The notes under the pieces were generated by a model. It was not told where the DNA came from. It did no database searches and saw only the letters and a program-made list of their open reading frames with translations. Both the position numbers and the translations under genes were made by a program. A DNA stretch of 64,000 nt, from NCBI RefSeq assembly GCF_032444005.1, contig NC_091282.1, positions 266,228,001 to 266,292,000 of the forward strand, given 5' to 3'. Below, one piece after another: positions 35,173-46,200 of this stretch; positions within the stretch are counted from its first letter, which is position 1, and the number at the start of each line of letters is the position of its first letter. This DNA is from Ranitomeya imitator (taxonomy: Eukaryota).

Positions 35173-37309
35173 GGGCTGCCTTTTCCTTTGGGGAATTTCT
35201 CTGAGGCAAGGTAGGCTTATTTTTCTATCTTCAGGGCTAGTTAGTTTCTCAGGCTGTGCCGAGTTAAATAGGGAGCGTTAGGCGCAATCCACGGCTACCT
35301 CTAGTGTGGTGTGATAGGATTAGGGATTGCGGTCAGCAGAGTTTCCACGTCTCAGAGCTCGTCCTATGTTTTTGGTAAATGTCAGGTCACTTTGTGTGCT
35401 CTGAACTTCAAGGTCCATTGTGGTTCTGAATTACCTGTTCATAACAGTCTGTGTCTTTTTTATAACCTAGCTATGGGGTTAGTAATAGGGGAATCTTAAA
35501 GATGCCTCTCCATTACTAACCTTTGGGCTTCATGTCAGCAGCCATTAAACAGCTGACATCAACTCCACAACCATTACCCCATTTGCCACCACACTAAGGC
35601 AAGTGGGAAGAGTAGAGCAAAGCGCCTGAATTGGAGCATCTAATAGATGCACCTTCTCTGGGGTGGCTATGAGCTGCTATTTTTTAGGCTGGGGGGCCAA
35701 TATCCATTGCCCCTTACTAGTCTGAGAATACCAGCCCCCAGCTTTCTTATTTAGCTTGTCTTGTTGTCAAACATGATGGGGACTCAATGCCGGTTTTTAA
35801 ACTATTTATGTAAATAATTTAAAAATACTGCCTGGTGACCCCTCTTCTCTTGATAACCAGCCATTATAAAGCTGACAACTGAGGGTTGGAGCCCGCAGCT
35901 GTCAGTTTTGCCTATGCTGGTTATCAAAAATAGAAGAGACTCCATGTATTTTTTTCTGCTAATTTTTTTATAGAGCACAGGCATCGGCTGATGTATACTC
36001 CCATCAGGGGCGCCTGCCCTCATCTCTCTGACCAGCAGTAATTATCTTGTCACCAATGAGAGCAAGAGTTTGCTGTGTTTTCATGCAGATGACAGCGTGG
36101 CAAACACTGGATGTTCGAGGGGCTTCCATTCATCTGAATGGACTCTGGGTTCGAGTACCGTTTTGGTACCTGAACCGTAGTTTTTTTAGATGTTCGGCTG
36201 AACCCGCAGGATCCTAACATCCTCAGGTTCATCCATCACTAATTATCACTGCAAAACACCATACTGACAGTGAAGTTTGGAGGAGGAAACATCATGGTGT
36301 GGGGCTGTATTTCAGCATGTGGCACTGGCAAACTTCATATAATTGAAAGAAGGATGAATGGTCAATTGTTCGAGACATTCTTGATAAAAATCTGCTGCCA
36401 TCTACCGGGATGATGATGAAACGAGAGTGGACATTTCAGTAAAACAATGATCCCAACACACAGCCAAGGAAACTTTCAATTGATTTTAGTAAAAGAAAAT
36501 AAATCTGCTAGAATGGCCCAGCCATTCACATTATCTGAATCCAATAGAACATTTTAGGGAGAAACTAAAGCTCAGCGTTCATAGAAGGAGCCCATGGAAT
36601 ATTCAGGATTTGAAGAGTGTTTGTGTGGAAGAATGCGCCAAAACCACACTTGAGCAATGCATGCTACTAGTTTCTCCATACAGGAGGCATCTTGAATCTA
36701 TCATCACAAAATAAGGCTTTTGTATGAAGTATTAAATAAATTTCATTAACCGCGTTCAATACTTTTTCATTGTTTAATTTCTCATTATTACACATAACTT
36801 AACTTATGGACATTGATAGTTTGATTTTTTTTTCTGCTTGTGTTGATTGTTGGGTTGTTACTTGCATCTGGTCAGAATTTCATGTCAATAGCACCTTTCG
36901 AAATATATTTACTTAGAAAATTGGAATGTGTTCAACACTTATTTCACCTGTTGTATATTCCCGTCTCACATTGCTTTATGTGGCATTCAGTACATCTTGA
37001 ATATGTTTTAGCTGTTGCTGATATTTCTGCTGTGTGAACAGTCCATTGAAAGTCCATTTCAAAGAATTGCATTATTTAACTGTGATCTCTTACATTTCTT
37101 TCTGACCTCCCTGAACATTTCCCTCTGGAACTCAACAGAACTTTGGGCTGTGATGAAATTTCACCTATCAAGCTTATTCCTCCTGCCCACATCTAGTTCA
37201 ATTTTCACAGCTCCACTCAATGTACAGTCTGCTTGTGAAGTGGCTGCATTAAATTGGTAGTCCAACCAGATACAGTACTCTCCTAGCCCAGGAGTCAACC
37301 CATTAATAC

Positions 37310-37359
37310 CTTTGATTTGACGAATCCCTTTAGCTCCTTTGTGCTCTTACTGTTGAGCG
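37310..37359 (-). CDS. Candidate small host exon (xLNSKSTKELKGFVKSK), unidentified
   Basis: tcttttgcaacttcatctcttacag| ... AAG|gtatta; open only in phase 1. Confidence 0.25.
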
Positions 37360-37647
37360 CTGTAAGAGATGAAGTTGCAAAAGATATATTGTGAAGAAAT
37401 AGTATAGCTGTCATATAAGCATTGCATTTAATGTTAGAAAAAGCAGACATTCGCAATATATTTTGTTAGAGTAAAATATTGGAAATGTATCACTTTATCT
37501 TGAGTTATTTCCCCTGATGATCACTGTTTTGTTGTATTTAAATAAAATGTACTCTTGCAGTTGTCTTTACTATGTCATCAGGTAATGTACAAATATGCAC
37601 ACACATATAGAAGTGTGTATATATATGTGAATGTGTGAATATATATA

Positions 37648-38789
37648 TCCACTATATAATTGTCTAAGGGTCACTTCCGTCTGTCTGTCTGTCTGTCACG
37701 GATATTCATTGGTTACGGCCTCTGTCTGTCATTGAAATCCAAGTCGCTGATTGCTTGCGGCAAAACAGCCACGACCAATCAGTGACGGGCACAGTCCAGA
37801 AGAAAATGGCCGCTCCTTACTCCCCGCAGTCAGTGCCCGGTGCCCGCATACTCCTCTCCAGTCACCGCTCACACAGGGTTAATGCCAGCGGTAACAGACT
37901 GCGTTATGCCGCGGGTAACGCACTCCGTTACCGCCGCTATTAACCCTGTGTGTCCCCAACTTTTTACTATTGATGTAAAAAAATGTAATGCTAAAAATAA
38001 TAAAAAAATTAAAAACCTTCTATACTCACCCTCCGTAGTCCGCCGAGCCGCTCGCGCCAGCAGCCATCTTCCGTTCCCAGCAATGCATTGCAAAATTACC
38101 CAGAAGACTTAGCAGTCTCGTGAGACTGCAAAGTCATCTGGGTAATTTCGCAATGCATCCTGGGAACCGAAGATGGTGGCAGCCGCGCGCCTATCGCCGG
38201 AGCTTCAGTGGATCCCAGGGGTGAGTATATAACTATTTTTTATTTAATTATTTTTTTAACAGGGATATGGTGATATGGTGCCCACACTGCTGTATACTAC
38301 GTGGGTTGTGTTAGATACCGCGTGGCTCTGTGCTGTATACTACATAGGCAGTGTAATATACCTTGTGGGCTGTGTGATATACTCCGTGGGCTATGCTAGA
38401 TATTACATGGCCACTGTTATATACTGTGTGGGCAGTGTTATATACTACGTGACTTCACAATATACTATGTGACTGGGCAATATACTACGTGGCTCTGTGC
38501 TGTATACTATGTGGCTCTGTGCTGTATACTAAGTCGCTGGGCAATATACTACGTGGCTGGGCAATATACTATGTGGCTCTGTGCTGTATACTATGTCGCT
38601 CGGCAATATATTACGTGACTGGGCAATATACTACGTGACTGGGCAATATACTACGTGACTGGGCAATATACTATGTAGCTGGGCAATATACTATGTGACT
38701 GGGCAATATACTATGTGGGCTGTGCAATATACTACGTGGACATGCATATTCTAGAATACCCGATGCATTAGAATCGGTCCACCATCTAG
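37648..38789 (+). mobile_element. Non-autonomous Helitron-like element
   Basis: A|TC 5' end, subterminal hairpin CCGAT..ATCGG, CTAG|T 3' end, no TSD; internal ~20-bp minisatellite (GGGCAATATACTACGTGACT) ~38290-38740. Confidence 0.78.
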
Positions 38790-38795
38790 TATATA

Positions 38796-40399
38796 CAGTG
38801 GGGCAAAAAAGTATTTAGTCAGTCAGCAATAGTGCAAGTTCCACCACTTAAAAAGATGAGAGGCGCCTGTAATTTACATCATAGGTAGACCTCAACTATG
38901 GGAGACAAACTGAGAAAAAAAAATCCAGAAAATCACATTGTCTGTTTTTTTATCATTTTATTTGCATATTATGGTGGAAAATAAGTATTTGGTCAGAAAC
39001 AAACAATCAAGATTTCTGGCTCTCACAGACCTGTAACTTCTTCTTTAAGAGTCTCCTCTTTCCTCCACTCATTACCTGTAGTAATGGCACCTGTTTAAAC
39101 TTGTTATCAGTATAAAAAGACACCTGTGCACACCCTCAAACAGTCTGACTCCAAACTCCACTATGGTGAAGACCAAAGAGCTGTCAAAGGACACCAGAAA
39201 CAAAATTGTAGCCCTGCACCAGGCTGGGAAGACTGAATCTGCAATAGCCAACCAGCTTGGAGTGAAGAAATCAACAGTGGGAGCAATAATTAGAAAATGG
39301 AAGACATACAAGACCACTGATAATCTCCCTCGATCTGGGGCTCCAGGCAAAATCCCACCCCGTGGGGTCAGAATGATCACAAGAACGGTGAGCAAAAATC
39401 CCAGAACCACGCGGGGGGACCTAGTGAATGAACTGCAGAGAGCTGGGACCAATGTAACAAGGCCTACCATAAGTAACACACTACGCCACCATGGACTCAG
39501 ATCCTGCAGTGCCAGACGTGTCCCACTGCTTAAGCCAGTACATGTCCGGGCCCGTCTGAAGTTTGCTAGAGAGCATTTGGATGATCCAGAGGAGTTTTGG
39601 GAGAATGTCCTATGGTCTGATGAAACCAAACTGGAACTGTTTGGTAGAAACACAACTTGTCGTGTTTGGAGGAAAAAGAATACTGAGTTGCATCCATTAA
39701 ACACCATACCTATTGTAAAGCATGGTGGTGGAAACATCATGCTTTGGGGCTGTTTCTCTGCAAAGGGGCCAGGACGACTGATCCGGGTACATGAAAGAAT
39801 GAATGGGGCCATGTATCGTGAGATTTTGAGTGCAAACCTCCTTCCATCAGCAAGGGCATTGAAGATGAAACGTGGCTGGGTCTTTCAACATGACAATGAT
39901 CCAAAGCACACCGCCAGGGCAACGAAGGAGTGGCTTCGTAAGAAGCATTTCAAGGTCCTGGAGTGGCCTAGCCAGTCTCCAGATCTCAACCCTATAGAAA
40001 ACCTTTGGAGGGAGTTGAAAGTCCGTGTTGCCAAGCGAAAAGCCAAAAACATCACTGCTCTAGAGGAGATCTGCATGGAGGAATGGGCCAACATACCAAC
40101 AACAGTGTGTGGCAACCTTGTGAAGACTTACAGAAAATGTTTGACCTCTGTCATTGCCAACAAAGGATATATTACAAAGTATTGAGATGAAATTTTGTTT
40201 GACCAAATACTTATTTTCCACCATAATATGCAAATAAAATGATAAAAAAACAGACAATGTGATTTTCTGGATTTTTTTTTCTCAGTTTGTCTCCCATAGT
40301 TGAGGTCTACCTATGATGTAAATTACAGACGCCTCTCATCTTTTTAAGTGGTGGAACTTGCACTATTGCTGACTGACTAAATACTTTTTTGCCCCACTG
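38796..40399 (+). mobile_element. Complete IR/DR-type Tc1 transposon (1604 bp)
   Basis: ~200-bp TIRs beginning CAGTGGGGCAAAAAAGTATTTAGTC, TA duplication at 38794-38795 and 40400-40401. Confidence 0.97.
39163..40185 (+). CDS. Intact Tc1 transposase, 340 aa, DD34E
   Basis: HTH N-terminus with RSGAP linker, [27 protein letters not shown]...[11 protein letters not shown] with exactly 34 residues between the second D and E. Confidence 0.96.
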   Translation: MVKTKELSKDTRNKIVALHQAGKTESAIANQLGVKKSTVGAIIRKWKTYKTTDNLPRSGAPGKIPPRGVRMITRTVSKNPRTTRGDLVNELQRAGTNVTRPTISNTLRHHGLRSCSARRVPLLKPVHVRARLKFAREHLDDPEEFWENVLWSDETKLELFGRNTTCRVWRKKNTELHPLNTIPIVKHGGGNIMLWGCFSAKGPGRLIRVHERMNGAMYREILSANLLPSARALKMKRGWVFQHDNDPKHTARATKEWLRKKHFKVLEWPSQSPDLNPIENLWRELKVRVAKRKAKNITALEEICMEEWANIPTTVCGNLVKTYRKCLTSVIANKGYITKY

Positions 40400-40510
40400 T
40401 ATATATATGTATATACATACACACAGACGCAGGGGTGGACACTGACAGCTTGAGGCCCCTGTGCAAGAGATGTGTTTGGGCACCCCTTTTATGGTGACCA
40501 AGCTATGGAT

Positions 40511-40512
<2 letters not shown>

Positions 40513-40562
<50 letters not shown>
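40513..40562. repeat. (AT)25 microsatellite
   Basis: Direct reading. Confidence 0.95.
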
Positions 40563-40565
<3 letters not shown>

Positions 40566-41699
40566 GGTGCAGTGACCCACGTTACAGCCAGGGGGCGCTG
40601 TGTGTGCGCTTCAAGATGCGCTTGGAGGCATAAATGTGATGAGACAAAGTCCGGCAGGAGTGTAAATGGCCGGTGTGTGTTGCAATGGAAGGCACTCTGT
40701 GCTGTCAGTCTGAAGTTAGGTTGGTGTTCTGGGACCTGTAGTCCCACAACACAAGTAATTGTGTAATTCTAATGGGAGACTGGCAGGGCTAGTAATGAGA
40801 GATGGGAGGGTCAAACTAGCCACACACACACCCACACTCCCACCCAGGGGAGTGGTTACACCCAGATAATGTGACCAGCTTGTGGGTCACATGGGGTGGT
40901 TCAGAGTGTATGGATCCGTTTGGTCCATGTACAAGATCCTGGACGGTCGGTGTTGGAGTCTCCTGGCAGTGGAGAAGTCTTGGAAGCACCTGAGACCGTG
41001 GACCTAGTGGACGGTCAGTGTTGGAGTCTCCTGGCATTGGAGAAGTCCTGGAAGCACTGAAGAGTGAGTCCTGTAATAGCTTGTGTGTTGGATTGTCCTG
41101 AAGTGGGCTGGAGTCCTGCAAGCACCTGGTAAGAGTGTGAGTCCTGGAATGGTCAGAGTGTTGGATTGTCCTCGGATGGACTGGAGTCCTGGAAGCACTG
41201 CTGAGGCTATGGACTGAATGCTCGAGGTGTTGGATTGCCCTAGTATGGGCTGGAGTCCTGCAAGAACCTGGTAAGGGTGTGAGTCCTGCAATAGCCTGGG
41301 TGTTGGATTGTCCTGAAGTGGGCTGGAGTCCTGGAAGCACTGCTGAGGCTATGGACTGATTGCTCGAGGTGTTGGATTGTCCTGGTATGGACTGGAGTCC
41401 TGCAAGCATCTGGTAAGATCATGGACAGATGGCCTGTGTGTTGGAAGTGCCTGTGATTGGACTTCCTGGAAGCGCATGGAGAGGCTGCATCTACAGAGCC
41501 TGAGACGGTTTCTGTGTTGGGGAAGCTACAGTTCCTACTGTGGGTCTGGAGTATCCGAGGTACCCTGGTCACAAGGACGGTGATCCCAGTGAGGCAGTTT
41601 CCCTGTGAGCTAGCACTGGCAGGAGTCAGTGTGTGGAGCCGGAGCTGCAGTTTGCCAAAATATATGCGAGTAAGCCAGAATCCTTCTGGGAAAGTGGCT

Positions 41700-41700
<1 letters not shown>
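40563..41700. mobile_element. LTR-like remnant containing a tandem array (~40940-41410)
   Basis: GC-rich segment starting TGTGG after the AT tract; repeat core GTTGGATTG at 41087, 41160, 41229, 41302, 41371. Confidence 0.45.
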
Positions 41701-42235
<535 letters not shown>

Positions 42236-42571
42236 AAGCATGTAGAGAATTTTAGGTCAGTGTTTAAAATGTTTTGTCTAAATCTTTGTGCAACCATTTT
42301 CCATTTTAAGAGACGATCCATCCATGCTATTTTTGGTCGGTGTTCTGATGATGGATGCTATTTGATAACAATCCATGTAGACGCGTCCTTAGTTGTAAAA
42401 AAGCTTTGGAAAATAAAATAACCTTTTCCATAAATCAAAGTACCTTTCACTATCTCAATTTTGTTTTTATATCCACTCGCTTCTGTAGTATCAGTCTTCT
42501 CTTTAAAAGTTTTAGATATAAACTCAGTGTAGGAATTCCTACATTTGTGAGATTACACCAGAATTAGTTAC

Positions 42572-42585
42572 CATCTCTGCCATGT
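42572..42585 (-). other. Candidate 14-nt exon
   Basis: ttctgtctgttccttttttcaccgtctttcctag|ACATGGCAGAGATG|gtaact. Confidence 0.2.
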
Positions 42586-42792
42586 CTAGGAAAGACGGTG
42601 AAAAAAGGAACAGACAGAATGTGACTGAAAAGCAAAACGGAAAAAAGTCTTTAATTTGATAACTGACAAAGTTTGACTTTGAAGACATTAGAGATTTGGC
42701 TCATGTAGAATGAATGAAACATATCCTAACATGGCTTGTACGTCTTCACTGCTGATGTTTCCAGTCAGACAATTTGCATTAATGTTACATAC

Positions 42793-42929
42793 CGTAAACC
42801 GATCAGCATTAAGTGGCTCATCTGTTGGCCAATGAAATCGAACCCAAAATGATGCTTTCACACCAGAATAATTACTCCAAAATCCTGGCTCTGAGATGTC
42901 TCCATTCTGTCTAACTTGCTGTCCGTTGC
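42793..42929 (-). CDS. Candidate host exon (xNGQQVRQNGDISEPGFWSNYSGVKASFWVRFHWPTDEPLNADRFT), unidentified
   Basis: cag acceptor and ACG|gtatgt donor; only the phase-1 frame is open over 137 nt. Confidence 0.3.
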
Positions 42930-43263
42930 CTGCTTTTAGAGGGAATTGAGCACCATGTTATAGAGCAGTAGGAACTGAGTAGATGAATGTTCAGTTTTGG
43001 GAGAAAAGTTATGTAATAACCTGGATTGTATTTTTTTTAAATTAAACCTTTGCTTTTTCTGAGCTTTTCCATCCACTTGGTGGTCCTGTCCGTGACTGAC
43101 AGATTTATTAATATAAGTTTGCATATAGAGATAGCTGTCAATCACAGATAGGACCGCCCACTGGACCAGAAATCCCAGAAAGAGTACAGGATTAAATGAT
43201 TAGAACCCTAATTATACTGAATCTTTACACACAAAACTATATATGAACCTACCGAGCTCCCCC

Positions 43264-46200
43264 TGTTGTGAATTCTGTGGCCAAGCTCCCTCCTGTGGTC
43301 GAGAGTGGTACTTCGGCTGGTTCTGTCTATGAGCTTCCTTTGGTGGATGAGAGTGGTACTGCGGCTTCTGAGTTTCCTTCCTCAGGTGATGAGGTTAAGT
43401 CGTTAGGTGCTGCTCTATTTAACTCCACCTGGTGCTTTGATCCTGGCCTCCAGTCAATGTTCTAGTATTGGTCTTGCTTCCTCCTGGATCGTTCCTGTGG
43501 CCTGTCTATCCTGCATAAGCTAAGTTTTGCTTGTGTTATTTTTGTTTGCTATTTTTTCTGTCCAGCTTGCTATATTGGTTTTTCTTGCATGCTGGAAGCT
43601 CTGAGACGCAGAGGGAGCACCTCCGTACCGTTAGTCGGTGCGGAGGGTCTTTTTGCCCCTCTGCGTGGTTGTTTGTAGGTTTTTGTGTTGACCGCAAAGC
43701 TATCGTTCCTATCCTCGGTCTATTCAGTAAGTCGGGCCTCATTTTGCTAAATCTATTTCATCTCTGGGTTTGTATTTTCATCTTTACTCACAGTCATTAT
43801 ATGTGGGGGGCTGCCTTTTCCTTTGGGGAATTTCTCTGAGGCAAGGTAGGCTTATTTTTCTATCTTCAGGGCTAGTTAGTTTCTCGGGCTGTGCCGAGTT
43901 GCATAGGGAGCGTTAGGCGCAATCCACGGCTACCTCTAGTGTGGTGTGATAGGATTAGGGATTGCGGTCAGCAGAGTTCCCACGTCTCAGAGCTCGTCCT
44001 ATGTTTTTGGTAATTTTCAGGTCACTTTGTGTGCTCTGAACTTCAATGTCCATTGTGGTTCTGAATTACCTGTTCATAACAGTACTGGAGGCCCAAAGTA
44101 CTAATGCTTCTCAATAGAGGGAAAAGAGAAGTTCTGAGACCATTTTTTTTTCTTTGCACTGTGTTCTGTCTTTCTTTTCCCCTTTACATCAGGGTGGTTC
44201 AGAACACAGGTGTGGACATGGACAGTCAAGGTCTGTTCTCTTTGATGGATAATCTAGCTATAAATGTACAGAATATTCAAGATTTAGTGGTTCAGAATCC
44301 TATGTTAGAACCTAAAATTCCTATTCCTGAGTTATTTTCTGGAGATAGAGCTAAGTTTTTGAATTTTAAAAATAATTGTAAACTATTTCTGGCTTTGAAA
44401 CCCCGCTCCTCTGGTGACCCAGTTCAACAAGTTAAGATTATTATTTCTTTATTACGTGGCGACCCTCAAGACTGGGCATTTTCCCTTGCGCCAGGAGATC
44501 CTGCATTATGTAATATTGATGCGTTTTTTCTGGCGCTCGGATTGCTGTACGACGAACCTAATTCAGTGGATCAGGCAGAGAAAAATTTGCTGGCTCTATG
44601 TCAGGGTCAGGATGAGATAGAGATTTATTGTCAGAAGTTTAGAAAGTGGTCCGTGCTCACTCAATGGAATGAATGTGCGCTGGCAGCTATTTTCAGAAAG
44701 GGTCTCTCTGAAGCCCTTAAGGATGTCATGGCGGGATTTCCTATGCCTGCTGGTCTGAATGAGTCTATGTCTTTGGCCATTCAGATCGGTCGACGCTTGC
44801 GCCAGCGTAAATCTGTGCACCATTTGGCGGTATTATCTGAGCATAAACCTGAGCCTATGCAGTGCGATAGGACTTTGACCAGAGCTGAAAGGCAAGAACA
44901 CAGACGTCAGAATGGGCTGTGTTTCTACTGTGGTGATTCCACTCATGCTATCTCCGATTGTCCTAAGCGCACTAAGCGGTTCGCTAGGTCTGCCACCATT
45001 GGTACGGTACAGTCGAAATTTCTTTTGTCCGTTACTTTGATCTGCTCTTTGTCATCCTATTCTGTCATGGCATTTGTGGATTCAGGCGCTGCCCTGAATT
45101 TGATGGACTTGGAGTTTGCTAGGCGCTGTGGGTTTGTCTTGGAGCCCTTGCAGTGTCTTATTCCATTGAGAGGAATTGATGCTACACCTTTGGCCAAGAA
45201 TAAGCCTCAGTATTGGACCCAGCTGACCATGTGCATGGCTCCTGCGCACCAGGAGGATATTCGCTTTCTGGTGTTGCATAATCTGCATGATGTGGTCGTG
45301 TTGGGGTTCCCATGGCTACAAGTCCATAACCCAGTATTAGATTGGAAATCAATGTCTGTGTCCAGCTGGGGTTGTCAGGGGGTACATGGTGATGTTCCAT
45401 TTCTGTCTATCTCATCATCCACCCCTTCTGAGGTCCCAGAGTTCTTGTCTGATTACCGGGATGTATTCGATGAGCCCAAGTCCAATGCCCTACCTCCGCA
45501 TAGGGATTGTGATTGTGCTATCGATTTGATTCCTGGTAGTAAGTTTCCAAAGGGTCGACTGTTTAATTTATCTGTACCTGAGCACGCTGCTATGTGGAGT
45601 TACGTGAAGGAGTCTTTGGAGAAGGGTCATATGCGCCCGTCATCGTCGCCATTGGGAGCGGGGTTCTTTTTTGTGGCCAAGAAGGATGGTTCGCTGAGAC
45701 CTTGTATTGATTACCGCCTTCTAAATAAAATTACGGTCAAATTTCAGTACCCCTTGCCGCTGCTGTCTGATTTGTTTGCTCGGATTAAGGGGGCTAGTTG
45801 GTTCACCAAGATAGATCTTCGTGGTGCGTATAATCTTGTGCGTATTAAACGGGGCGATGAATGGAAAACAGCATTTAATACGCCCGAAGGCCATTTTGAG
45901 TACCTGGTTATGCCATTCGGGCTTTCTAATGCTCCATCAGTGTTTCAGTCCTTTATGCATGACATCTTCCGAGAGTACCTGGATAAATTCCTGATTGTAT
46001 ACTTGGATGATATTTTGGTCTTCTCGGATGATTGGGAGTCTCATGTGAAGCAGGTCAGAATGGTGTTCCAGGTCCTGCGTGCTAATTCTTTGTTTGTGAA
46101 GGGGTCAAAGTGTCTCTTTGGTGTTCAGAAGATTTCATTTTTGGGGTTCATTTTTTCTCCTTCTACTATCGAGATGGACCCTGTTAAAGTTCAGGCCATT

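Larger units (their letters stand above)
28935..35446 (+). mobile_element. Solo LTR of the Gypsy-C family (28935-29483 + 35173-35446) interrupted by Gypsy-B
   Basis: TGTTGTG...ATAACA termini, near-identical to 43264-44081, 6-bp TSD GTCTGT at 28929-28934 and 35447-35452. Confidence 0.93.
26111..36241. mobile_element. Non-autonomous hAT-like element hosting further insertions
   Basis: Termini TAGAGATGG / CCATCACTA, degenerate 8-bp TSD CATATCCC / ATTATCAC. Confidence 0.65.
25251..36953 (+). mobile_element. Decayed Tc1-like transposon split by a ~10-kb nested insertion (25251-26110 + 36242-36953)
   Basis: Transposase N-terminus MGKT...YRKISKLLNVSVSTVG from ~25576, continues after 36242 as [14 protein letters not shown]; right end followed by TA at 36954; inner TIR segments are reverse complements. 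Confidence 0.8.

Noticed and set aside
44086-44094. TGGAGGCCC resembles a PBS complementary to a tRNA-Thr 3' end
   Set aside because: Only ~9 nt, starts 5 nt from the LTR, is absent in sister Gypsy-B, and is better explained by covarying complementarity to the LTR R region.
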